Source: Lingula anatina (taxonomy: Eukaryota > Animalia > Brachiopoda). From it: a DNA stretch of 64,000 bases. The notes beneath the pieces were generated by a model, which made no database searches, was not told where the DNA came from, and saw only the letters and a program-made list of their open reading frames with translations. The stretch lies in assembly GCA_051362555.1 (NCBI GenBank), contig CM120648.1, forward strand, positions 10,040,587 to 10,104,586, in the 5' to 3' direction. The position numbers and the translations under genes were made by a program. Position 1 is the first letter of the stretch, and every line of letters begins with the position of its first letter. Shown here one piece after another: positions 52,451 to 64,000 of the stretch.

Positions 52451-55406
52451 ACCAGGGCGACTGATAGATTTTTTACAGATATTCACAGATATTTTTCTAA
52501 ATAGATAGATAGATGGTCATTTTGGTTCTAAGTCATCCTGTTGAGAAACCTCAAGGCTGATTACATGGCTGGTAATTGTTTGCATAACTGCTCAGGCACT
52601 GCCACTTAACAGGCCCAGTCTGCGTGACAGCAATCAAGACAGTTAACTGCTCTGTTCTTAACCACTTGCTCTTCTGTGACAGATAAAACTAGCCCCCTAT
52701 GAATAGATTGTTACTTCAGAGTGAGGCTAACTGAGAAATCCCCTGAAGTCGTTTTAGAGGTATATAAATACTGGTGCAGTAGCAGCCTGAGAGCACTGTT
52801 ATGGTATCGGGCGAAAAAAAGCAGATCGGATAGTGAGAAAATTTTGGGCTTTTGTAAGGGTGACAGAACATCAATTTTAACAGTGTGTGCTGCACTCAGT
52901 GTGAAGGACGTGCATATTGGCATTCCTACAGGGAAAAGCCTATCCAGCTGCTTCCATTTCTAGAGGAGTCCATGCCAAATGTCCCCTCTAACGTGACCAC
53001 TTTCAAAGAACTTGTGCACGGCCCACTCTTTGGTCCCACTACAATTGAACACTTGAGTCTAAATCAAATATATATTTATTTCAGAAGATTAGATGTTACC
53101 CGAATCACATTGCCTTAAAGGGATAATAACTCTTCGTATGAGGTTTATATTTCACAATAAAACATTGTGAATAACTCACACAAAAAACCCAAACTTTTTT
53201 AAAGAAAAAAACAGGGACTAACTTTGAATGTAAAAATGGATCCATTAAGCATTGGTAAGCATGGGAGAATTGTTGTTTACTCCGGGAAAATTAATTTTTG
53301 GCCAAAACGAAGAGTTATTATCCCTTTAACCTACGGGTGCAGTGTACATGTACTAATGTCACAGTTTTCTCCCTGGCCGAAGCAAATAATTTTATAAAAA
53401 GTGCTAAAAGAAAGGGAGAGTCAATAAACCACTGATAATGATATTATGAAATCAAGCTGATGTTGTACCGCGAACGAACGTAGAAGGCTCCACTTCGTAG
53501 TTCTAGTACTACTACCTGTACCAGGGGCAATCCGCAGTATTCGTTTTGCATTACGGACGGAATTTTGACACTTTAAAAATAAATTCTACAAAAACTATAA
53601 AACACATATTGTTCAAATTTGAACTTGAAATAACATCTGTTAGTTTTTGAGAAATATTGGTTATTGATCACCATTACGGACGGAAAAAAATGGACAAGCA
53701 TTTTTATTAATCAACTTCAACTTCAAAACTCTGCTCTGTTTGTGGCTTTTTAAAGATAAAACTGCATTGACATAACAATTTCATTATTCTAGTTACTAGA
53801 AATGTAAAAGTTTATTAATTTTTTTTTTTTTTTTTGTTATAAAATTTTTAAGTTTAAAAAATCATGTCAGATTACGGACGGAAAATTACGGACGGAAAAT
53901 TTGTCCACAGTGTAAAACTTACACAGAAGCCATTAAAAAAGTACAATTAATCATTTATTCATGGTAAAAGTTAACTATTTACTAAATACATACATAATAG
54001 GAAGTTATTTTTGATGTCAACTTAAATATTTTTGTGAGCTTTTTCAAATTACAAAAATCAACTACAGTCTACACTTTCAGGAATAAGAAATATTCCTTGC
54101 GTTCTGATATTGTTATTGTTTAAAATTCTGTGTCCAATTCTCATTCAGAATAGCTACATTTTAAATCTTTTTTTTTTTTTTTCACGCTAAAGTTTAAAGT
54201 TTGTTTTTATTCTGACACATTTAGATCAATTGAGAATTTGTATCTCTGACGTTGGTCCATCACAGGGAATGGTACAAGTTTGATAATTTGGTCACTGGAA
54301 ATCCATGCTCTGTCTTCTTGAGAAGGAAAGGCAAACAGGTTTTTGGACTTGTCCTTCGCTCGGAGAAAAGTTACTTCTATATCAGCACCATATATGAATA
54401 TAATTTGACCTAAATAAATGTTCTGAGATTTTTTGGGGATGCATAACTAACTAATATAAATTATATAGGATATAGGATAATTTCAGGTAAGTGGCACGGT
54501 GCCAGAACAAAGGCCTGGCCTCTAGTCAACTTTTATTAATTGTGGTCAGTAATTATCTTAACTGCTCATCTCCCAGGTATATGCAACGTGTATATGACAG
54601 GTAAGTGATCAAAAGCACATTTTATCTTCACATTTCAATCAAAGTAACTGAAAAATATCCAGGAGAAGCCCTGATCATAAGTGATCCTTAGGGTACAATT
54701 CAAATGCCACTAATTGACAGGTGAGACAGATGTTGACATGTCTTGCCAGGTAAGAAAAAGCAGTTTTTGACTTTAAATCCTGCATTTTTGAATAATCTTT
54801 TTTTTTTAAATAATTTTTCAAGGGAAACAGTTCTTCTTTAGTTTTAAAATTCATAAATCAATTACTTGAGTATGCCACATGAAACCACTCAGTTGAAATG
54901 TTATAGCCAGGTAGCTAATCTACACCAATCTACAGCATATCCTAACTGCGTGAGACGTTTTTCAAAGAGTCAGTGATAAGTACGTCATATTAAAGACTAA
55001 ATAGAGTCTATATTATTGCATAAGAAAGGCAATACCTCCAGGAATATATTGTTAGAACGTCTTATCTCTCTATTTTCTGTGTTTTTTTTTTCGAAGGAAG
55101 CACCTGACGTGATAGCCGCCATTTTGTAAAGCTGCAGTACGGAATTGTGGGATACGGCTTATTTCGGGAAACCCCTTCCAACCACGCGTTTGGTTTCTGC
55201 AGTAAGCAGAGCCTTAGACAAGTTGCGTAACGGGCAGTAAGCACATCGTCGCGAGCCAAGCTGCTGCAAGCTCCTGCTGTGCGCGGGTAAGGATAATTGC
55301 TCCCACATGGGATTTCTCAACAGGGAGACTTAGAACCAAAACGACCATCTATCTATCTAGATACATATCTGTGAATATCTGTAAAAAATCTATCAGTCGC
55401 CCTGGT
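52451..55406. mobile_element. About 2.95-kb element with about 100-bp TIRs in gene F intron
   Basis: ACCAGGGCGACTGATAGATTTTTTACAGATATTCACAGAT...GTTGAGAAA is mirrored at about 55313-55406. No TSD seen. Confidence 0.75.
54207..54419 (-). mobile_element. Probable C-terminal fragment of a DNA-transposon protein
   Basis: Stop-free YLGQIIFIYGADIEVTFLRAKDKSKNLFAFPSQEDRAWISSDQIIKLVPFP, resembling the F-x-(F/W)P..ED..WI tail of invertebrate DDE transposases. ATTACGGACGGAA repeats at 53550-53890. Confidence 0.45.
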
Positions 55407-57149
55407 CAAGAAGTTATAAAGAGAAGGAGTAGAAACGGGATATCAATTATCTCTCTCGTCCAATCAGATCGCACCATTCTTTTCAAAGTGGCGTCCTTTG
55501 AAATTCGATCCTCGTAACTGGTCTAATCCTCCACGCGCCTCCGCGTGGCTCAAGACGGAGAAGATGAACCAGTGCGTTTACTTCTTGATTTATTCATGTT
55601 TAATGCGAATATTTGGAAGTTACACTTAGAAAAACGCCAAGCCGAGCGATAGAAAGGTAAGTGAGAGTTGATAATATGCTTTGCGCATTGTTTTATGTAC
55701 AGACGGTGGCAGTCAGTCAAATTTGCCTGTACAGAAACCAGCGTTAGCTCTAAGATCTGAGGCCGTTTCAGCCGGACCTCCATGTTTAGGACTTTTTTCT
55801 TCTTAAGTGCGTGATGTATGCATATAATTTATGTTTTTCTGGTTTGTTAAGCACGTGCATCATTACAATACATCATTTTGGTGTTAGATGAATCAATCCT
55901 TTAGATGAAAAAAATCGTTTTAAATAGACAACTTTTCATAGGACTTTTTTAAAATGGCGGGTCCAAAATTTGATGACAGGAAACTCTCTCGGAATTTTTT
56001 TCAATTTTTTTTATTGCAATATAATGTTTGCGGAGTTTCGTTAAGGATATAGAGTTATATTTGGTAATGATCAAGTACCTTAATACATAATCTACAGTTA
56101 CCAGTTTCCCTATAACAGAGGTTGTGATTTATTATTTATTAAGGTTTTAGGGAATGTTTGTGTGTAAAGTTTTTTACGTATAACTATTAAAAACTCCATT
56201 TTTTCTAGGCTTGTCCAACGTGACTGTGACCAGGAATAACCATTTTGCTATTCCTTGATCTGCAATTAATATAACAGAAGTGCCTTTCATCTCAAATGCT
56301 GAATGGCAATGAGCACCATCACAACTTTTGACGAACTTTTAAGGGATAAAAACATTCTTGATCTGTGCTGGCTGTTGCTAATGATAGCATTAATTGGTAA
56401 TCAGTGTACTGAAATTTGTCATATTATTTTAGGTTTGAACCACCAAAAGAAAGGTGTATGGGCATTTTTACAATCCTGGGCACTTTTCAGATTTTCCCAA
56501 TTCAGATTTTTCCTTTGATACTGGACCGCAGGTAAATTTGTAAAATTTAATCTTTGGCTAAAATTGAAGAGTGGTCCAAGTTTTAAAAGGTTAATGAGTG
56601 AACTGTCTTAAGTATAAAATAAAGTAATCACCACATCAAAATAAAACCTAACCATTTTTGCCACATGTATTTTTGAATTGCTGTTAATCGCTGTTGGATG
56701 TAACAATATTGACATATCTTCATTGCTGGTACTTTGTTTTAGATGTTATACAAGTTGCGCAAAAGTTAAAATAAAGCAATATCAATCGATAAAAATATTT
56801 CTTTCATTTTTTCTAATGAATTTAAACTGTCAGTTTACTATTGGTTGGCCTCATGTAACAGACAAAGATATAAACAAAAATATGAATTAATGACATTTTA
56901 TTTAGAATCATACTAAGTGCAATAACTTATTTTTATTTCCCCAATTTTCCTGTGCAAGCTTTTCTCTACCTGGTATATAAGCAAAAATGTGCAAAAAAGA
57001 AAGAAACGAGGCTGACATACGGAAATTGCAAGTACTACTGCTTTGTGCACACGGCTGTGAATTGAATGTGTCATTCCTAGATGAAGGTAAATTTCCTTTA
57101 CGTTTATTCTAAATTGGAGCCTCTGCAGTTTCGTGTCATCTGTTTTTTG

Positions 57150-58900
57150 AAAGGGAGTTATAAATATTAGTTGCCAATTATCATTGCTTAATATATGCGT
57201 TTAGGTTTAATTCTTCGTTGAGTTCCTCTAGAGAGAGGAAATTTCAAACATCATTTATAATATCATTAATGTAGATAAAACATTTTTGCACCATTTTTAT
57301 GGAAAACATTTTTTTCGTTTATTTTGATTTTGAGTTTTTCCATAATGGTTCTGATAGGATTTCTTCTGGGGTTACAATGTTTGTTCTGAATTTTACTCAA
57401 GGAATCAATAACTTTTTGTCAAAATGGGTTTTTAGTTGCTTGTAGTGTTTTAATCCAGATTTTGTGACATATTCTATTACCCCCAATTCCTGACAGTTCT
57501 CTGGGAAAAGCGTTTTCGACTTACTTTATTTTCTTCATCAAGAAGTCTTTTTAGTCATGAAAGTTTCAGTGCCTTCGTAAAAAGTTTTATCTGTGGACAA
57601 GGGGTCTCTCTGTCGTACGCCCATTTTCACCATAAAGAACTCCGAAAGATGGTAATTTTTGTATCATGGTGCGACCAAAATTAAAGAAAGATTTTCAAAT
57701 ATGCCTTTTTGTAATCGAGGAGAAGCTCTTTCTGTTAAGACGTACACCAGTCTGATGCATTCTCCCATAAATCGGCCTTTTACAAATCGAAACTGTGTAT
57801 CGCTTATTTGTTTTTGTTTTTTTTTTTTTTTTTTCAAAAAAAAAATGTTCATGCGGTTTGCAATACAGGCTGAGAAAATTTTATAATCAACATTTCGCAG
57901 TGAAATACATCTCCATTTATTCAAATGGTCTTTATCTTTTCCCGCCTTAGCTAGACAGGTTATGAGGCCTTGCCTCTGACTTACATACATGTATATTGAC
58001 ATAAATTGTCCAATGAATGAAACGTGGAATGAGCGTACAATGAATTGTTTCAAGTCTAGTCGGACTAGAATAATTTATAGAATTCTACTGTGTATCCGTC
58101 GATACCAGGTGATCGGCCATTCTCCGTTTTCGTCAAAGCTTTATGGCATTCCAATATAATAATAATTTCTTTCTCCATATAGTCGCATTCTTCATCCGTT
58201 AATTTATTAATATGGGGAATGAGGGTTTTTTATAATATTTTTATTCTTTAATAATATCGTCTAATTTCGCCAATTTTGTCTTATCAGCTTTGACTAATTT
58301 TGCAATAGTTTTTTTTCTGTATAATTTCTCTTTCCTAGATTGCTGAGGTATCTACTTCTTTTCTCTTATTCAACTTTCCATCTGGATTTTGTTCTAATAA
58401 TTATTTCTTCATCTTCTTTTCTCTAGTTCTTTCAGCAATATTTCTAATCTACCAATTTCGTCTCTTAGGAAGTCAGAATCCGGGTGTTTTTTCTTTACTT
58501 TTTCTTTTTTATTACATTTTTTGTATCGTAAATATTTTTTTTTGTTTCTCCCCTGATCATTGTTTTCAGCGTTTACCATAGGAGCTGATAATCTATACTA
58601 TAGTCAACTTTTCCTGTATCGCCCATTTCATTAACTTACAATTGTGCACTGGTCTACAACGTCCCGTATACATTTTGTCTAAAATGGATTGCCACCCTCT
58701 ACTATTTGACATGTATGAGCAGAATCCGACCTCTGCTCCCCACTCTTGCCTCCTAAATGTTTCATTATTCTTAATGATGTGGATATCTATTAGGGATGTT
58801 ATGTCATAATTTGCTCTACTTCTGACAAAAAAGTCCTTCTTTTAATCGGGTATATTGCATCATTTTTTCCGTGCGATCAGCCATCCAGGTGACTTTAAGA
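57150..58900 (-). mobile_element. Degenerate L1/Tx1-type LINE ORF2 (reverse transcriptase) fragment
   Basis: SPGIDGYTVEFYK, GLITCLAK.GKD....KWRCISLRNVDYKIFSACIANRM, Q..FVKGRFMGECIRL and PLWKNSKIKI motifs, with frameshifts. Confidence 0.85.
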
Positions 58901-61716
58901 GTTTCTGCCGCATACTTATATCCGGCAGGAATTATATAACATTGTATAAATAGAAGATTTATGTATACACATGTGTTTCATATATACTGTGATGTAGTTG
59001 TGCTGATACATGTAACTACTGACCTGAATCTGACTGATTCGTTTACGTACGCACTCCGACTTTCACTCGCATTTTCATTTTCATACATAAGCAGTTTTGC
59101 ATCTTCTTCAGACATCTCAATTCATTGACGTGGTCATTTCTCAAAAATAACTACCCTTTAGTGAATTACAGTACGTACGTTTTCTTTGAGGGATTAGGGT
59201 TTTTATAATATTTTTTATTCCTAATAATATCGTCTAATTTCGTTTATTGTGTCTTATCAGCTTTGACTAATTTTGCAATAGTTTTTGCATTTTCATTTTC
59301 ATACATAGGCAGTTTTGCATTCTCTGCAGACATCAATTCATTGACTTGGTCATTTACCCATCCACAAGAGTCTCCATCACACATAACTGCATTTAGGGCT
59401 ACATCGGAAAAAATATATTGTATTTAATGGACTTGGTCAAAGACACGTGCATGATGATGGTGCATAAAATAATATTAATAATGTTTAGAGACATAAAAAC
59501 CAATACAATTGCTCATGTGGAAATACGGAAAATGCACAGAACTTCTGGTGGATGGGGTTAAAAGTCATATCTTAAAGATGCTAGTGTTTGAAAAATAATT
59601 TTAAAAAAATTATATAAAAAATAACAAAAATTCCAATAAAGCTGCTATTCAATAAAATAAATCTAGCTCTATTAACAAGATATGAATAACCTCACTGAGT
59701 TTGAGAATAATAAGGCACTGTTATTCATCTGTAGCATTAATGTTGGCGTGACACAAATTATTTTCTGTTGTAAATTTATTTGCAATATTAAATAGCATTG
59801 ACCCGCATAATTATCACCGATTCCTAATTATGTGACAAAGTAAGAGAGCTAATCCTTTACAGGGAAATATCAACGAGTGTTTTTGTAATCTCACCTAATG
59901 GCCACTTGAAAATAAATTACTAGGCAAGTGACTAGACCTGAATTTAGTTAGTGATTACCCAAGGGGCAGTGTCATACTGCACTGACCACTATCCATACAG
60001 TACCATCATATAGCACTCTGTAGAACTGCATTGCTTAAAAAAAAGGAAACAATCACACTGAATTTACAACACAAGCTGCACTTTTCAGTAAGTACAATAA
60101 TTAAGTCACGTGGTTTTCCCTTGATGGTAATCCTGGCAGCTGTGTCCAAAATAGGCTTTTCTTCAACTTTTATGCAATATATCATAATAATCAACAGCAT
60201 AATGACCATCAGTTTTTAATAATAAAGTAAAAGTATCATGGATATTTAGAAAATGTGGTTAGCAAAGGTCTTCAAGCCAATTTTTAGCTGAGGGGAAGAG
60301 GGATGAAAACGTGGGCTTAGAGAAAAAAGCAGTTATTTTAACAACACGGTAAGATAACATTTGATCTTCATGCAATTGGGGCAGAGAATACCTGTAGAAA
60401 TCATAGGAGCATGACATGAAAACTTGTCACGGAACTTAAAGGTGAGAAATCGTGCTTAATTTGCAGTCAATTGGTTTTGAAATGTATGTTGCATCGACCG
60501 CTAGCGTGGCAAAGAGCGTCAGGGGAAAATAATTCCCGGAAAGCTATTAATCGTTGTCATGTGTAATTTTTGCATGTATGCAATCTGTTATGTCCATAAC
60601 TAAGTGATATTGGGTGATTAATGGTATGTGCTGCAATTATAAGGATGTACAAGAATCTTTGAAGGACCTTGAGAAAACCAGAAAGTAGTTCGCAACTGAC
60701 AACTGAACCGTACCGATCCACGACTGCTGTGCAAAGATGAATCTTTTTAAAAATATTGTGACAATTTTTAGATGTTTATATGTCCATCTGACATGAAATT
60801 CTACACATATGATCACACTAATTCACCTATTACATTGGGGGTAAGCACTAACCACTGACAAATGCCATGACAAAGGTGACGTTCTGACAGCCTCTTATCT
60901 GAGAGCTAAAAATCACATGCAAAAGAGACTGGCTATCAATTGCCTCAGGCTGGCAATCAATCGTCTTGAGAAACTGATCATATTATATCTTATCTCAGAA
61001 GCGCTTTTCCGACTGAGTATTGCATAATAATGTTAATTATTAGTAACTGAAGCTAGTCTTACCCCTGTATTTACCTGTCAGCTTTGTGATCGACTCACCT
61101 GAATTCTCGTTTCATCTTTTTGGGAAGATCTTATCAGTGAAAAGTGCTTTCACCATCAAAATGCTATGCTTGACCGATGAATGCATCACATTTTATTGTA
61201 CATTTGCACATTTTTCTTTCTATGCTATTAGGCTTTTAAAATGTGCAATAGTGTGGGATTGCCGAGCAGTGTCATTGCAGCAAGGGGAGAAACAGAGAAA
61301 CTGAGATGCTGGCATTGTCAGAAATGACAGAGCTCCTTCTAGTTGTAAATATATGTACATTGATGATCACTCAGGTCCACGCCTTACACCACTACACGTC
61401 ACTTCCGGCACAATCCGTCTCCTCCGGTACCCTTTATTAATTGGAAACGACTCGCTCGCGCTGCTACTTAATTACGCCGCAGGGCACAGGCCGTGATCAC
61501 TAGCTACCGCCAATGGACTTTTTGAATTTGGATTTTTCATGTGAACGATGCCTTAGATCGTCCATAATTGTTTAGAGTTAAGATTTTCCGACTGATCTTT
61601 TTTTTTTTAAAGATTATCGTGTATTTAAATTTTTATTCTCATATTTCACTGTATCACCTATTTAATGTAGAAATAGTTGAGACCCGTAATGTTTCAGGTT
61701 TTTTACCAAATTTCAG

Positions 61717-62279
61717 GAAAATGTGCCGGTTCTATTGTTTCTCTGTTGGCGGTCCGTTTTATAGCTGCAGGCTTTCCTGCATCTATAGTGATTACGCCGG
61801 TCCTTGCCGCTGGCGGACTTCTGAGTGGCTTTGGAGGCATGGCAACCGGCATTTCGGGAATAAATGAGTATTACTCCACCAGATCAAAGTGCGAAACGGC
61901 ACAGATGGCAGTTGATACCTTTATTGCGAGGTTCAAAGCATATGAAGAGACCTTAGAGAGGCTTAAAAAGTTGCTCCGATCTCCTGGTGTCTTTTCTGCC
62001 GTTAGACATAGAGGTTTGTATCCATTTTCGAGTAAAATTAGGCTCTTAGAGGGTTTAAGCGTTGCAAGCGGCGCTATCATGATTTTACGTGGTTTTGACA
62101 AAGGGCTTCGACTTCTGCACATGGGAGCTGTAGGAAGCGTGCTGGCGGCACCCTTTGATGTTTACACCTTAGCACAGTCCTGCGTTAAGATGTATCGCGG
62201 GACCGGGTCTGAACAGGCTGATAAGATCAGAGAACTCGCTAAAGAAATAAATGACTTGGCCCAGCAGTTCAAACAATGA
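61717..62279 (+). CDS. APOL-like gene F, last exon (242 aa from ATG 49199; 310 aa from ATG 48366)
   Basis: Acceptor tttcag|GA, in phase with 49364. Encodes KCAGSIVSLLAVRFIAAGF...SKCETAQMAV...PFDVYTL...GSEQADKIRELA. Intron ends are homologous to those of other units. Confidence 0.8.
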
Positions 62280-63063
62280 AGACCGGGCATAGGATGCGTG
62301 AACTTGTTCAGTGAGGATACGAGACTCTAACCCGATTGCAACATACATGTACCTTGGCCTTCAATATAATTTACAATAATTGGAATGAGAAATGCCAACG
62401 TTGACAGAATGAGACATAACTGATTTCTCAATATGCTGAACTGCAAATACTTAAGTTCTTTGGAAAAAAAAAGCGACTCGACGATTTGACAATAATTTTC
62501 TTCCAATATATAATGCACTCAATTGTTGGCTATTCTTATCCGGTATGGCATTAGTTCTGGAGTTCGGATCAATGTAAACCATTAGTATGTCCAAAGAAGG
62601 GGATGGAGAATAGTTGTCCCTGATAGATTTTATGATAAAGTTTTTAATCTTTTCAATTCTTCTACTTTGGAAAGACGTAGAATGTCTTTTAAGAAGTTAG
62701 GAAAGACTGTCAAATTTAACCAAACTTTAAAGTATTGATGTAGCAAATTTTAAAGATCACATAAAATATATACTGTGTCAAAATTAAAAACAGAGCGGTC
62801 AGGATACACTTTTATCCCTTGTTTTTTAATATAATTGAAAAGTACAGCAAGGAAAAGGTCAACGAGCAAGAAGACTGTTCAATTTTACTGTGCGTCGATC
62901 GATTTCATTCTCATTTGTTGTTGTTGTTTTTAGTTGTTTTTTTTTAGTACTCTGGATAAATTGACTTCGCTTAACATGATGTGCTTTCCTAAACAAAGTT
63001 GGGGTGGGAAACTAATGTATAGGGGCCTACAAAGTATATATATATATATATATATATTCTTTA

Positions 63064-63171
63064 CTGGTTAGGGTGGTGATAATAAAGCTCGTTATTTAAG
63101 TAGTGCGCACAACATAAAATATTTTATTACATAAATACTTTATATTATTATTGTATATATTATTTTAGTTA

Positions 63172-63246
<75 letters not shown>

Positions 63247-63440
63247 TCTTGACAAACATTTGTACATACATGTACAGCGACTTTCATCTACATTACTTGA
63301 AAGGCTGCACGTGCAGATATTTCTTAACTGGTTAGGGTGGTGACAATAAAGCTCGTTATTTAAGTAGTGCGCACAACATAAAATATTTTATTACATAAAT
63401 ACTTTATATTATTATTGTATATATTATTTTAGTTACTCAT
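63064..63440 (+). repeat. 113-bp direct repeat pair separated by (TA)n
   Basis: 63064-63176 is nearly identical to 63328-63440. (TA)n at about 63176-63244. Confidence 0.9.
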
Positions 63441-64000
63441 CTATTATAATTTTATTGTATTATTATATATAATTCCCCTTGGAGAGCACCTGTGTTAGTC
63501 ACTGCCAGACACACCCTGTGGTATACTGGCAATTCACAGACCTCACAAAGTCGTGAACGGAAGTTACCTGTATGATGTAAACAGGTTACTGTACATGTGG
63601 TCTCCGGTATAGCAGGGAATTATATTCGATATAATTCCCTGGGTATAGTAGCTGCGGTAACAGGTGGAGGTGTGGTCATAGCAGTGGCAGAATGAGCTAT
63701 TGCATGCTCAAAGTGAGCCCTGATAATTCCTCTATAATACTCCCTTCGCTAAAATGAAAGCAACTAAATTAAATTTTAAAAACAGGTTATAGATAATTGC
63801 AGTGCTCGACCAATATGCACTCTTTTAGGCTTGACTTACATAGGCTTTTAGACACGTATCACTTAGAGAGCACAGTTATGATAATTGTGCATTTAATTTA
63901 CTTGGTGACATTTGACGTCTTTTCAGTTTGATTGTGATTTTGATTTCTATAAAAATCACCGTAGAACATCAGGATTGAGTAGTTTGATATTCTTTATTTG

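Noticed and set aside
53550-53890. Spaced ATTACGGACGGAA repeats as a CRISPR-like array
   Set aside because: Eukaryotic context, 13-bp unit, irregular spacing and no cas genes. Better explained as TE subterminal repeats.
58222-59350. Short direct duplications around the LINE relic (58222-58310 vs 59197-59286; 59070-59138 vs 59288-59355)
   Set aside because: Local rearrangement of decayed TE sequence with no sign of function.

Overview
AT-rich, intron-containing animal genomic DNA with microsatellites and many TE relics. The repeat style suggests an invertebrate, but the species cannot be determined from the sequence. Most of the window (about 7.7-63 kb, + strand) is a tandem array of apolipoprotein L (APOL)-like genes. 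Each unit has a short non-coding exon 1, an N-terminal coding exon ending in a BH3-like LADEID...CNxG motif at a phase-1 intron, and a large last exon with a Gly/Ala-rich hydrophobic hairpin, a hypervariable middle and a conserved C-terminal helix (PYDIYTL...GSxQANKIRELA). I resolve seven units: A (intact), B (2-bp frameshift plus internal duplication), C (whole CDS deleted), D (intact, divergent), D' (orphan last exon with an in-phase acceptor), E (start codon unresolved) and F (intact, divergent, 12.3-kb intron, possible extra chimeric exon). The units share exon 1 but carry two different upstream modules, one NF-kB site + TATA and one CCAAT/STAT-like, and some have IRF-like intronic motifs. 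This points to a fast-evolving, immune-inducible cytosolic membrane-lytic effector family (inference). The first 1.5 kb holds two exons of a secreted PAN/Apple-domain gene on the minus strand. TE content includes Tourist-like and hAT-like MITEs, longer TIR elements, a probable solo LTR, DIRS/Ngaro-like and L1/Tx1 relics. All splice models were read by eye, without transcript data.
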